From Minisyncoccota bacterium (GTDB lineage: Bacteria > Patescibacteriota > Minisyncoccia > Phycocordibacterales > JAQTLZ01), in contig JAQTLZ010000001.1 in the NCBI GenBank assembly GCA_028714635.1, positions 173,272-237,271 of the forward strand: a stretch of 64,000 bases of DNA, in the 5' to 3' direction. The translations under genes and the position numbers were made by a program. This document shows, in pieces, positions 41,171 to 51,569 of this stretch. The notes beneath the pieces are model-generated. The model saw nothing but the letters and a program-made list of their open reading frames with translations, searched no databases and was not told where the DNA came from. Position 1 is the stretch's first letter, and the number at the start of each line of letters is the position of its first letter.

Positions 41171-42703
41171 CTATGCGTTTATTTCTTCGATAAATCTCGA
41201 AGCTTTTCCTTTCCATAGTCGTGAACGTACATCAAACTTGAAGTCATCTTTGTTCACTGTGTTCACGTGCTTTCCTTCAATACTGATACTTGAGATGAGA
41301 TGCAGGGCTTTCTTTGCTCTTGTCATACCCACATAGAAAAGTCTTCGTTGGCTCTCAATAGTGTCGTTTCCTTTGGCACGATTTGGTATAACACCTTCAA
41401 TAAGACCAATCATAAACACGTGCTCCGCACCAAGTCCTTTCGACTTATGTATAGACATTATGTTTACTCGTTTTTCCACATCTTCCTCAATGAGCACGAA
41501 TAGGTTTTCAAGCTTTTCGTCTTCGGTATCACCCTCAGCATTGTTGTAGAAATCTGCTAGGTCTAGGAAATAAGGCTCCTGAAGTGCCGTATCAATATCT
41601 ACATATGTTGCTTTAGCTTCATTTGGAAGTTTGCTTGCGACCACACCAAATAGCTCTGCAAAGTCCTGTCCACTGGCATAGTGTTTCTTGATGGTCTCGT
41701 AGAGCTTCTTTCTTGATGACAAAACATTGTATCCAATCAATGCGAGATTGAGGTACTTATGCTTACCAAAAAGACTTCTCAGTACCCACGATTTCCTAAT
41801 GATTTCGGGCTCTACTTTAGCAACAAAATAGTTCTTGTAGTCGATACCAGAACCATCAAGTCGGTTAGTGAGGTTCTCCACGAGAAATCTCACAGGACTG
41901 AGTATCAGAACCTTCTCGTCAGTTGAAGCTCCAATGACCTTCTGGACCTCATCCAAGATATAGTCTGCCGTGTTGGTGTTTGAAGGAAACTGTTTTTGTA
42001 CAATAGTCCCAGCTTTACCTGTCTTCTCCCATTTTTTGTCTACTCGTTTTGTGTTGTTCTTTATCAGTTTCGTAGCACTATCTACCACACTGTCAGGACA
42101 TCTGTAGCACTTGTGTTCGTGCTCAAGCTTCTCGTGAGAAGGGTCTGAGTGGAGCGAAATAATCTTGTCGTTATCGGCATCTTTGAAGTCGTAGATACAC
42201 TGGTCATCATCACCAAGAATATAACTCTCGCTCATTACTTCTACGAGCAAATCAATGAGTTCTTGCTCATTTTTATTGAAGTCTTGGTATTCATCCACTA
42301 TCAATACGGAGTACGCTGAAAGCTTATCTTTGAGGTATGCAGGGTTTGATTTTGCATAGCTGACAAAGCGAGCAATCATCTGGTCAAAAGTTGTTGCTGA
42401 GAAGAAATTGCACAAATCATCGAACCCTATAGAAGTGCTTTTTGAGATTTGAGAAAGCTCACTAATCTCTAGCATATCGAGAACGTGCCTACTTTTGTCG
42501 TGATTGTATTTCACAGCAAACTTATGAAGGGTCATACAATTCTCAGGACTGACACCAATCGGTATCAGGGACTTCTTCAGGTCCTCAACAGTTGCGTTGG
42601 TAAAAGAGATAATCAAAACACCATCAAGATTTGGCTTTGATTGAATGATGTTCTTTATGTTTGTTGTTTTACCAGTCCCTGGTCCTGCGAGTAGTATTTT
42701 CAT
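41171..42703 (-). CDS. UvrD/Rep-family SF1 helicase
   Basis: AGPGTGKT; VDEYQD; GDDDQCIY; SIHKSKGL; RRLFYVGMTRAK. Confidence 0.9.
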   Translation of the reverse strand: MKILLAGPGTGKTTNIKNIIQSKPNLDGVLIISFTNATVEDLKKSLIPIGVSPENCMTLHKFAVKYNHDKSRHVLDMLEISELSQISKSTSIGFDDLCNFFSATTFDQMIARFVSYAKSNPAYLKDKLSAYSVLIVDEYQDFNKNEQELIDLLVEVMSESYILGDDDQCIYDFKDADNDKIISLHSDPSHEKLEHEHKCYRCPDSVVDSATKLIKNNTKRVDKKWEKTGKAGTIVQKQFPSNTNTADYILDEVQKVIGASTDEKVLILSPVRFLVENLTNRLDGSGIDYKNYFVAKVEPEIIRKSWVLRSLFGKHKYLNLALIGYNVLSSRKKLYETIKKHYASGQDFAELFGVVASKLPNEAKATYVDIDTALQEPYFLDLADFYNNAEGDTEDEKLENLFVLIEEDVEKRVNIMSIHKSKGLGAEHVFMIGLIEGVIPNRAKGNDTIESQRRLFYVGMTRAKKALHLISSISIEGKHVNTVNKDDFKFDVRSRLWKGKASRFIEEINA

Positions 42704-42733
42704 AATGGTTCACGATGTTCACTCATTCACCAA

Positions 42734-45418
42734 CTACTTTGAGAATAGTCGGACCAGCTCATCGAAGTTCTTGGCTGGATTTTTTTCATAGTCTTCTTGT
42801 TTGACGTATAGAGCCTTGTAAACAACTCTACTTTGTCGAGCGTTTACGTCCTCACACCACTTTTGAAGTCTTTCAAACTTGATTTTGTCGTCCTCTTCTT
42901 CACGACCCTTTGTTTCAATGATGTACACCTGTTTCTCATCAACCTTCACAAAGAAGTCTGGGTAATAATTAGCGATAAAGCCTTCAGCATTCTTGTATTC
43001 AATACGGAGAGCAGTCGCTTCCTTGTTTTGGAAGTTCTTCGCAAACGAGATAGTGTCATCGCATTTTTCAAGGAAAGCAGAGAACTCAAGCTCAAAGTTA
43101 CTATCTCCCACAATTCGGTTGAATACGGATTTTTGAGGAATGAGGAACGCCTTATCATTTACCACAAAAGGGCGTGCATCACTTACCTTGATGTAGTTCT
43201 TGATTTCGGTATCACCCTTGTCTTGGACCGTTAGCTCGTTGATTGATTTCTTGAAGCCGTCTTTGATGAGTTTTATGTACTCAACTTCGGATAGGTTACG
43301 AAGAACATTCAGGTCTGTGAGCTCAACCTTGCTCTCAAACATATGGTTCTCAACAAAATCCTTCACTTTGCCAAAGAGGATGTCATAGCATCCGAATAGA
43401 CGCATTTCTCGCATTATTGCCTGTGCAAAGAAGCCAACGACACTCTGGTAGTTTGGTTCAATATCACCACTCAAAATCGTAGTGTGATGGACCGCTTCAG
43501 CAACCACATCTTTGAAGACAATTTCTCGTTTCTCTTGCTCACTGAACGTCTTTACCTGCACCTTCTCGTTTCCAAAAGTAGAAACATCCAAGTCAGCAAG
43601 ATTTTTGTACTCTCGCTGTATTCTGGCGGTCATTACAGGGATTTCAATATCCAGTTTTCCAATGTCCTTCTTGGTGTTCTCTTTATCAATCTCAATCACC
43701 ATAGGAGAAATAGGTTTTGAACCAGACCCCATCAAACGCTTTTCAAGGAGTACGCCTTCACCCTTGATACTCTCTACGAAGTCCATAAAGGCTGGAGTAC
43801 CGATAACACTCACGTATTCATCAATGTCATCTCTTCCAAAATACATTCTTCGGAGACCTCTACCAAGCGTTTGCTCAGGAAGGATTTTACTATCTGAAGC
43901 GTATGGTCGGAGACCAACAATAGTAGTTACGTTTTTTACGTCCCATCCTTCTTTGAGCATCATTACAGACACGATGACCTTGTAAGGACTTTCCCAGCTA
44001 TCAATCTCGTTCGATTGCTTTCGGAGTTGTTCAAGTTCTTCTTGATTTCTACCTGTTGTACTCTCAGAAATCTCACCACTCTTGTTCGTGTGAATAGTAA
44101 GGACCGCACCCTTTAGTTCAGGGTAGTTCATTTCAAGATACTGAGCGACATCATCACAGTTCTTGGTATCGTCAGTCATTATGAAGAGAAGGGACTTCTT
44201 GTTTGTAGGTAGGAGTTGTTCGTATGTCTTTCTCCATTCTTCAACACCAAGGTGAATGTGGTCTCTCCACTTCTCTGTGAATACAACGCTTTGACCTTCT
44301 TTGAGCTTTCCTCGACTTGCTTCGTCTGGCACAACTGGTTGCTTCACAACACGCTGGTGAATTGCTTCAACCAACGGATAGTCAGAAATAGTCTGTACGA
44401 AAATCGCACCTTTGTTGTTTTTAGGTGTTGCTGTTACGTCTAATTGGAGAGAAAGACCGCCACCTTTTTGCTTGAGTTTATTATCAATATCACGAATAGA
44501 TTTGAGCCACGCATTTTCTTCGTGGATATGGTGAGCCTCGTCATTGATAACAATAAGCTCATCAATATCTCGGACTACCATTCCTAAATCAACAGTTCCT
44601 TGATTTGTTTTAGTAACTGGCTTATCTCCAAGGAAATACTCAGAAGCATCCTCATCGTCTGCATCGTAATCTTTTACATCGCTTTCAAACACTCGGTGAA
44701 TGTTAGTGAGGAAAATGTTTCCAGTATCAGAGACGTTTTTGAGCTCATCTTGGAGGTGAAGTGTAATCTGGAAATCATCCTGCCAGTTTTGACCCATATA
44801 ACCGTTATCAGGAAGAACAGGGTCCAAGAAGAATATCTTGTTTCCTTCAAAGTCATTCTTGATACGCTCGAACACGATTACGTTTGGTGCGATGAGTAGG
44901 AAGTTCTTTGCGAGATTTGAGCCTTCTTCGTAGAGTTTATGGAAATACGCCCACGCAATCACCAAGCTCATTACCTTGGTCTTACCAGCTCCTGTAGCCA
45001 TCTTGATGACAAATCGGAGCCAATCCTCGGTGAACATCTGAGGGCTCAAAACGCCTGTAGAGTTGTAGCGTATCAAATCGTACTTATCCTTCACCTGAGC
45101 GACCTCGTAGAGCCATACAACGGTCTCCAGAGCCTCTCTTTGAGAGAAGTAGTATCGGAAGTTGTAGGATGTACCGTCCTGATTGTAGAGAGTGTGTTCT
45201 TCTTTGAACCACCACGTCAAAAGTGCTTTTGAGGTATCGCTAGCACCCTCATAATTATTATCTCGCCACGCTTTTACTTGCTTACGAAGTTCTGCAACGA
45301 GAGGAGGAATGAGCTTCTCAAATCCTTTTTCTCGAAGGTCCTCATCAGCAGGAAACCACCTAATTTCAGGATTGAGGATTGCGTATGGGTCTTTTGGAAA
45401 ATCTTTGTGTAGTGCCAT
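42734..45418 (-). CDS. res: Type III restriction endonuclease Res subunit
   Basis: KMATGAGKT; DEAHH; LKEGWDV; GRGLR; YYPDF..IETKG. Confidence 0.92.
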   Translation of the reverse strand: MALHKDFPKDPYAILNPEIRWFPADEDLREKGFEKLIPPLVAELRKQVKAWRDNNYEGASDTSKALLTWWFKEEHTLYNQDGTSYNFRYYFSQREALETVVWLYEVAQVKDKYDLIRYNSTGVLSPQMFTEDWLRFVIKMATGAGKTKVMSLVIAWAYFHKLYEEGSNLAKNFLLIAPNVIVFERIKNDFEGNKIFFLDPVLPDNGYMGQNWQDDFQITLHLQDELKNVSDTGNIFLTNIHRVFESDVKDYDADDEDASEYFLGDKPVTKTNQGTVDLGMVVRDIDELIVINDEAHHIHEENAWLKSIRDIDNKLKQKGGGLSLQLDVTATPKNNKGAIFVQTISDYPLVEAIHQRVVKQPVVPDEASRGKLKEGQSVVFTEKWRDHIHLGVEEWRKTYEQLLPTNKKSLLFIMTDDTKNCDDVAQYLEMNYPELKGAVLTIHTNKSGEISESTTGRNQEELEQLRKQSNEIDSWESPYKVIVSVMMLKEGWDVKNVTTIVGLRPYASDSKILPEQTLGRGLRRMYFGRDDIDEYVSVIGTPAFMDFVESIKGEGVLLEKRLMGSGSKPISPMVIEIDKENTKKDIGKLDIEIPVMTARIQREYKNLADLDVSTFGNEKVQVKTFSEQEKREIVFKDVVAEAVHHTTILSGDIEPNYQSVVGFFAQAIMREMRLFGCYDILFGKVKDFVENHMFESKVELTDLNVLRNLSEVEYIKLIKDGFKKSINELTVQDKGDTEIKNYIKVSDARPFVVNDKAFLIPQKSVFNRIVGDSNFELEFSAFLEKCDDTISFAKNFQNKEATALRIEYKNAEGFIANYYPDFFVKVDEKQVYIIETKGREEEDDKIKFERLQKWCEDVNARQSRVVYKALYVKQEDYEKNPAKNFDELVRLFSK

Positions 45419-45422
45419 AGGA

Positions 45423-47582
45423 TTATAGTTTTACATCAATCACTCTGGTAGTGTCGTTACCGAAGATGTCCACGACCTTTACTGCAACTTTGTAGTCTCC
45501 CTTTGGAAGCTCTTTTGGTGCAGACTTGAACTCAAGATTTCTATTCTTCTTTGTACGGAAACTTTGCCATTCGTTGTCAAAGATATAGTCTCCAGTCCAA
45601 ACATCTTTTTCTTCACCGTCCTCAATAACCTTGATGATTTCTTTACGGTCCGCAAAGTTGTAATCAACCGCCCAGTAATCAATCCAGTCGCTCCACTTTT
45701 TTGTGAGGACCTCTCGTGATACAAGTTCGGTATCTTTGTCCTTTGTTACTTTCAATACCTGACCGTTTTCGATGATTACTTTTGACCTTCCAGCCTTTAG
45801 TTCTTCATCAATTGCACCATTGTCTTGGTTGTAGAAAACAGAGAAGTCAGTAATCTCAATTGAGAGTTCTTTCATTGAACCTCTACCAGTAATAATTGGT
45901 TTGATGTCGATGTAGGCAACGTCATAGAAGTTCACCTGACCACGCTCAACTGCACGCTTATCAAACACTTCACGTGGAATGATTTTGAAAGCAACATCAA
46001 TACCTTCGTCAGCATACTCACCAAAGTTCATTCCCATTTCGTAATCGAAACCGAGAACATCAATTTTAGTAAGATTTTTCTCCTTACACTCACTAACAAT
46101 TTCACGAATAAACTTTGAAGATACAGGAAGGTTGATAGGACCGATTGCTACCAATCTGTCTCGCTTCTTTCCTACAACGTGTGCGAAGCTCTCAACAGGT
46201 TCAGCTTTGTAGGCAGAGAGAATAAGCTTGATGAACTCTTTTTCTTTTCGGTCTGCTTGTTTTGCTTTCTCTTCAGCACGTAAGTCATCGTTAGTATTTA
46301 GGAAGCTTTCACGCTCGTATTTACCAACGTTCAATATCTCAAATGCACGGAAATCTTTTCCTGCTTTTTTGAGTTCACGTTGAATACCAACCATTCGCTT
46401 TCGAGAGGTGTGTATACCGAACTTACCTAGGTCAGTGCCTATCCACTTACGACCAAGTTTTTCAGCCGTTGCAATCGTTGTGCCTGAGCCAACAAAAAAG
46501 TCAGCTACTAAATCTCCCTCATTTGAGGAGGATTTTATAATTCTCTCTAGGAGGGCAGATGGTTTTTGTGTCGGGTAGTCTAGTCGCTCTTTTGACATCG
46601 AGTTTTCGTAAGGGATTTCCCACACATCGTTCGGTATCATTCCTTCCTCTGGATAGTAGGTTCTCCATTTACCTGCATCAAATCTTTTTCTACACACTTT
46701 TCCATTATCATCTTTATCCCTAAAGTGAGATTTTATGTATTCATCAGAGTAAGGAACACGAGCTCCTTTTTCGTTGAAGTACGTTTTGTTTGATTTTCCA
46801 TAGTAAAAAATAGTGTCGTGCTTTTGTGCAAACCTATCATCTGGTCTTCCTAGTGTTGAGTAATACCAAATAATTTCATTCCTGAAGTTTTCTTTTCCAA
46901 ATATCTCATCGAGCGACATTCTCATAAAAGCACTAACTCGCCAATCACAATGCACATAAATACTTCCATCTTCGGCGAGTAGCTCGTGCATCAACTTCAG
47001 ACGCTCGTAAATCATTGCAATAAAGCTGTCTGCACCTTTACCCCACGTATCACGATAGGCAATCTCTTCAATTACAGAGGGCTTCTTTGTGAAGCTGTCA
47101 TTTTCTTCACCAATTGAAATGTTCATTGAAAAGTCAGCTCCCACATCAAAAGGAGGGTCAATATAGATAAGTTTGAGACCCCCTTGAGCTTCAATCTCTT
47201 TTCGCATTGGACCGTTCTTGAGAGATGAGAGAATGAGTTTGTTATCTCCCCAGATTAGTTTGTTGGTCCAGCCAGTAATTTGCTTACCAGAGAAATCAAA
47301 CAACGTACCTTTGTCGCCAAACTCTTTACCTTCTCGTGGTTCATCAATCTGCTCAATTACTTGGAATGGAAGAACTACGTTTGTAACTTCGTTAGTCTTT
47401 CCATTCCAAACAAGCTCGACTTCACGGTCATCTTTGAAGAGAAGGAAGCGGTACTTTTCTGGAAGGGGTTTTCCAGCTTCGAGGAACTTCACAATGTCTC
47501 GCTTTTCGTTGTCAGAAAGATAGAGTGAGCCACTCTTGGTCTGTCCGTTCTTTTGTTGTTCGTTGTCTTTTTTCATATACAT
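45423..47582 (-). CDS. mod: Type III R-M methyltransferase Mod subunit
   Basis: IYIDPPF; YPTQKP; ADFFVGSGTT; adjacent to res. Confidence 0.92.
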   Translation of the reverse strand: MYMKKDNEQQKNGQTKSGSLYLSDNEKRDIVKFLEAGKPLPEKYRFLLFKDDREVELVWNGKTNEVTNVVLPFQVIEQIDEPREGKEFGDKGTLFDFSGKQITGWTNKLIWGDNKLILSSLKNGPMRKEIEAQGGLKLIYIDPPFDVGADFSMNISIGEENDSFTKKPSVIEEIAYRDTWGKGADSFIAMIYERLKLMHELLAEDGSIYVHCDWRVSAFMRMSLDEIFGKENFRNEIIWYYSTLGRPDDRFAQKHDTIFYYGKSNKTYFNEKGARVPYSDEYIKSHFRDKDDNGKVCRKRFDAGKWRTYYPEEGMIPNDVWEIPYENSMSKERLDYPTQKPSALLERIIKSSSNEGDLVADFFVGSGTTIATAEKLGRKWIGTDLGKFGIHTSRKRMVGIQRELKKAGKDFRAFEILNVGKYERESFLNTNDDLRAEEKAKQADRKEKEFIKLILSAYKAEPVESFAHVVGKKRDRLVAIGPINLPVSSKFIREIVSECKEKNLTKIDVLGFDYEMGMNFGEYADEGIDVAFKIIPREVFDKRAVERGQVNFYDVAYIDIKPIITGRGSMKELSIEITDFSVFYNQDNGAIDEELKAGRSKVIIENGQVLKVTKDKDTELVSREVLTKKWSDWIDYWAVDYNFADRKEIIKVIEDGEEKDVWTGDYIFDNEWQSFRTKKNRNLEFKSAPKELPKGDYKVAVKVVDIFGNDTTRVIDVKL

Positions 47583-47602
47583 TTGGTTGATTAGCTAATA
47601 AG

Positions 47603-47821
47603 TTACTTTGGCGACTGGACAAACTTTTCGAGGTCCTCTTTTTTATATCTTCTTGCTCTACGTTCACCAATTCGTATGGCAGGAAGTATGCCTTTCTTAT
47701 CCCATTGCCGAAGCGTGTTGGGATGACACTTGAGATAAGCAGATGCTTCTTCCAAAGTGAGAAGTTCTGGCAAATCCCCATCATTTTGCGGTGTTTTTTT
47801 CGTTGATTTCATACCTAACAT
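47603..47821 (-). CDS. MerR/excisionase-type HTH protein
   Basis: LLTLEEASAYLKCHPNTLRQWDKKG..RRY. Confidence 0.85.
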   Translation of the reverse strand: MLGMKSTKKTPQNDGDLPELLTLEEASAYLKCHPNTLRQWDKKGILPAIRIGERRARRYKKEDLEKFVQSPK

Positions 47822-47889
47822 TTGATAACATTATTATACATAACCTTCACAACGTTCACAATGTGCACGGACCGTGAAAACCAATGTAA

Positions 47890-49185
47890 ATGTATATGAG
47901 TAGCCTCAAAACCACTGAGAAGAAGATACTTGAAAAGCTTTTCAATATGGAAGGTGGCTATGTGCTGAGTTTTACTGATAAATCATTCGAGAAGTTCCTC
48001 AAAGATGACTTCAATATCTCGGTCTACAGTGAGATGTACGACTTGGACTTTCCAAGTAAATCAAAAGCAAACCGACTACGTGGTATCTGGAGTGTAGAAG
48101 ATGATGCGAAAGTTGGAGGTATTATTTTGGAACTTGTTGAGTGTGCGGAGACCGACATTTTGACATCAGGCAAAGAGATGTCTGCTATTGAAAAGGACCT
48201 TACTTCAAAGGCACGTGATATAGGGATACGCTTACTGTTTACAGAAATTGCTGACGGAAGCACCAAACCAGAAGTTCAGAAGCTGAAGACTAAGGCTGAA
48301 CTCATAAAGGGTTTCAATAGTATTGATTTCAAGGAGATGGAGCCTAACAAGCGTATCTATCTGCTAAAGGTTCTGTTCTCTTACTACGATGCGATTATTC
48401 GTGCATACAGAGGCTCAGGATTGTTCTATCTCACATCAGGCATTGATGACCTCAATGACTATTTCAAGGTCCTCAGAAAGCGAATGATTGAGCTACTCGA
48501 TACATACGACACTTTTGTTGAAATGAAGAAGTCGCCCACTTATACGGACTTCATTGAGCCTGTAACAAGCCTTTACGCAAGTCAGGACTATCTTGAAGTC
48601 GTGTGGGAAGAAAGCGTGCTCCCTATGCTCATCAATTTCCGTGAAGACATAGCTGATAGAGACCTGTTTGATAATCAGTCAGAAGTTCACAAAGTTCACG
48701 TTGAGGTGTTGAGCTTTTTGGATGCTATCTCAAAAGAGATTGAGGCTCTCAATGGGTATATGAGCCAGCAAACAAAGAAGTTCTACGATACTGACCTACC
48801 AGCAGAGAAAGAAAGGCTATCCAATATCTTTCCATCCGAAGAGCTATACATCACAAAACAAGGTGATGATTTTCGATACAAAGGAAAGCTACTGAACCTC
48901 TCGAAGAAAGCCGACTACTACAAAGTTTTTTGTGCTTTATACGCACTCCTTCCGCAAGGTGGAGAAATTGAATACAAGCCTCTTATAACTGAAATCAAAA
49001 GCAGAATACCGAAGACCAAAGCGAAGTCTGACGAAGAAATGCGAAAGCTTATACAAGGTAATCTCACTGATAAAAGCAACGGCTTTATCCGCTATGCAAA
49101 ACTGCCAAATACGGAGGACAATTCCAAGCCACTCATCGAAGTTATAAAGGGCTTTGGAGTGCGTTTCAACAATAAAGCTGGCTAA
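47890..49185 (+). CDS. Hypothetical protein with AbiJ/Mrr-associated-type N-terminal domain and C-terminal winged-helix-like region
   Basis: LEKLFNMEGGYVLSF..SKANRLRGIW; C-terminal LIEVIKGFGVRF wing. Confidence 0.5.
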   Translation: MYMSSLKTTEKKILEKLFNMEGGYVLSFTDKSFEKFLKDDFNISVYSEMYDLDFPSKSKANRLRGIWSVEDDAKVGGIILELVECAETDILTSGKEMSAIEKDLTSKARDIGIRLLFTEIADGSTKPEVQKLKTKAELIKGFNSIDFKEMEPNKRIYLLKVLFSYYDAIIRAYRGSGLFYLTSGIDDLNDYFKVLRKRMIELLDTYDTFVEMKKSPTYTDFIEPVTSLYASQDYLEVVWEESVLPMLINFREDIADRDLFDNQSEVHKVHVEVLSFLDAISKEIEALNGYMSQQTKKFYDTDLPAEKERLSNIFPSEELYITKQGDDFRYKGKLLNLSKKADYYKVFCALYALLPQGGEIEYKPLITEIKSRIPKTKAKSDEEMRKLIQGNLTDKSNGFIRYAKLPNTEDNSKPLIEVIKGFGVRFNNKAG

Positions 49186-49361
49186 TCCTGAAACTTCCTG
49201 AGAATAGATAAGTTCTCCTGACTAAAACACCTTTGAAATAAAGGGTGTTTTTTCGTTTTCCTGAATGTTCAGGAAGTACGCAGAACAATCTCAAAAAGCA
49301 AAAATCAATCTATAGAACTTTTCTTGGCGGAAGTTCACTTACTCATAAAACACCAATGTAA

Positions 49362-49664
49362 ATGATTATGAAAAGAAACAATGAGAGCGATGAGCTCCAC
49401 AACGTCCCTTTGGACGATTACAAAAACTATTACTACTCGAACGATATTGATGTCGCATCAACCCTCATATGTAAAGGATATGAATTGGTAGACATCACAC
49501 CGATAAGCCACAACAAGGCTACCTTCGTATTCAAAAATCATCCTGCAATTACGGATGCGGTTGAAGGCTTTTGGAGCAATCGAATTGAGGTCCGACCTCT
49601 TGAGTTCGCTAACGTCAGAAAAAATCTGAAATCACGCATCTTCGGAATGCGGAAAACTTACTAG
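49362..49664 (+). CDS. Small island protein (DUF5659-like)
   Basis: DIDVASTLICKGYEL..ATFVF..FW..V.P..F..KNLK pattern. Confidence 0.55.
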   Translation: MIMKRNNESDELHNVPLDDYKNYYYSNDIDVASTLICKGYELVDITPISHNKATFVFKNHPAITDAVEGFWSNRIEVRPLEFANVRKNLKSRIFGMRKTY

Positions 49665-49676
49665 CCCATAAATGAA

Positions 49677-51032
49677 ATGTATATGCAAAACAAAGAAGAA
49701 AGACAAGAAAAAATTATCCTGAAGACAAGTATCACAACGCCAAACGAGCTCTACGAAATGGTGTTTGACCGAAGTGAAAACAAAACCTCTTTCATAAAAA
49801 TTGATAGAGATGGAAAAATTGAGACCCTGCTGGAAGAGGTGGAAATTGGCGGAAGAAAGTATCGACCACTTCCATCTGATTACAACCTCGTGGACAAGAA
49901 CGTCATCTTGTTTCCATCACTTGCTACACCTTATGAAAGCGAGGAAGAAATACTCACTGAAGTACAGCATTTTATCCATAAACACCTAGACATCTCTGAG
50001 GTATTCGAGCGTATAGCTACTTACTACGTTCTGTTTACGTGGCTATTCGACAAGTTCAATGAGGTCCCGTATCTACGAGCAATTGGTGATTTTGGAAGCG
50101 GTAAATCACGCTTTCTCCAAGCTATCGGAATACTCTGCTACAAGCCTGTATTTACTGGAGGTGCGACTACTCCAAGTCCGATATTCCGCATCATCAATGA
50201 GGTAAAAGGAACGCTCATCATAGACGAAGCTGACTTCAAGTTCTCGGATATGACATCAGAGATTGTGAAGATATTGAACACTGGATACCAGAAAGGAATG
50301 TCCGTGCTTCGTTCTGAAGGAAAAGGGACCTTTGAAGTAAAAGCCTACGATGTATTTTGTCCGAAAATTGTAGCCACTCGTGAGACCTTCGCTGACAAGG
50401 CACTTGAGAGCCGATTTCTCGTTGAAGAAATGGGTGCTGGAAAGTTGCGTACCGACATCCCACGCACTCTTGATGAGAGCTTTTATGAGGGTGCTGAATT
50501 GATACGAAACAAGCTCCTGATGTGGCGACTGAAGAACTACTTTGAGCCGATAGAACGTAGGCACGATTTGATTGAAGGAATACATCCACGACTGAACCAA
50601 ATCGTTATGCCACTTTTATCCATCATCAAAGACGAGAGTATCAGAAATCAGCTCAAGACTTTCATTGTTCAATACAACGCTGAACTGGTAGCAGACCGTG
50701 GTCTTTCGTGGGAAAGCGACATTGTTTTTGCAGTCCTGAAATTGGAGTACGAATTGAAAGGAAACGAGCTAACAGTCAAACAGATTACTGACGAAGTGAA
50801 CAAGGAAATAGATGTAAGCGATGACACCCTACAGGCTCGAAAAGTCGGGTGGTATTTACGAGCAAAACTACAACTCAAGCCTTATAAAACTCGAAAAGGA
50901 TACGTACTTTCTTTCAAGGAAAACAGGAAGCGATTGGATATGTGGAAGGAACGCTTTGGTATCACCGATGCGGATATTCGTGGTGAACAAGTGAATGTCG
51001 TGAACGATGCTGAAGCTATTACCAATAACTAA
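49677..51032 (+). CDS. P-loop ATPase, putative element replication helicase
   Basis: PYLRAIGDFGSGKSR; TLIIDEAD; ILNTGY; DKALESR. Confidence 0.7.
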   Translation: MYMQNKEERQEKIILKTSITTPNELYEMVFDRSENKTSFIKIDRDGKIETLLEEVEIGGRKYRPLPSDYNLVDKNVILFPSLATPYESEEEILTEVQHFIHKHLDISEVFERIATYYVLFTWLFDKFNEVPYLRAIGDFGSGKSRFLQAIGILCYKPVFTGGATTPSPIFRIINEVKGTLIIDEADFKFSDMTSEIVKILNTGYQKGMSVLRSEGKGTFEVKAYDVFCPKIVATRETFADKALESRFLVEEMGAGKLRTDIPRTLDESFYEGAELIRNKLLMWRLKNYFEPIERRHDLIEGIHPRLNQIVMPLLSIIKDESIRNQLKTFIVQYNAELVADRGLSWESDIVFAVLKLEYELKGNELTVKQITDEVNKEIDVSDDTLQARKVGWYLRAKLQLKPYKTRKGYVLSFKENRKRLDMWKERFGITDADIRGEQVNVVNDAEAITNN

Positions 51033-51041
51033 ATCATTCTT

Positions 51042-51554
51042 ATGGAAAACAAGTCAAAAGGTGGTCCAAAAACAACTGAAGGAAAGGCAATCTCGAAGTA
51101 CAACGCAATCAAACACGGATTGCTCTCAAAAGAGGTGCTTGTTGATGGTGAAGATGAGAAGACACTCCTAGAACTCAATCAAAGCGTACACGACCAATTT
51201 CAGCCAGTAGGACCGATAGAAAAGATGCTGGTAGACCGTGTTGTATCAAATCTCTGGAGACTACGAAGAGCTGTCTTTGTCGAGACTGCAACGATGAACT
51301 GGTATCGAGCTGACATCAATCTCTTTCCAATTGGACAGGATGATGAGCAACAAGAACGACAGAACGTAAAGAATATGTTGAGCAACGAAAGTATCGAGAC
51401 CATTCTTCGATACGAGACAACCATTGAAAGAAGCATCTTCAGGGCTCTTCACGAGCTTGAGCGTATACAGGCTAAAAGAAACGGGAAAGACGTTTCAATT
51501 CCAGCCGTGGTCGATGTAAACGTGGATAGTTCGTTTCGCAAAAATGACCAATAA
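51042..51554 (+). CDS. Conserved island hypothetical protein
   Basis: GGPKTTEGKAISKYNAIKHGL motif; RYETTIER. Confidence 0.65.
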   Translation: MENKSKGGPKTTEGKAISKYNAIKHGLLSKEVLVDGEDEKTLLELNQSVHDQFQPVGPIEKMLVDRVVSNLWRLRRAVFVETATMNWYRADINLFPIGQDDEQQERQNVKNMLSNESIETILRYETTIERSIFRALHELERIQAKRNGKDVSIPAVVDVNVDSSFRKNDQ

Positions 51555-51569
51555 CAGTGAGGTTCTCAA

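Noticed and set aside
41171-42703. Calling the helicase Gabija GajB
   Set aside because: No adjacent OLD-family ATPase/TOPRIM GajA gene.
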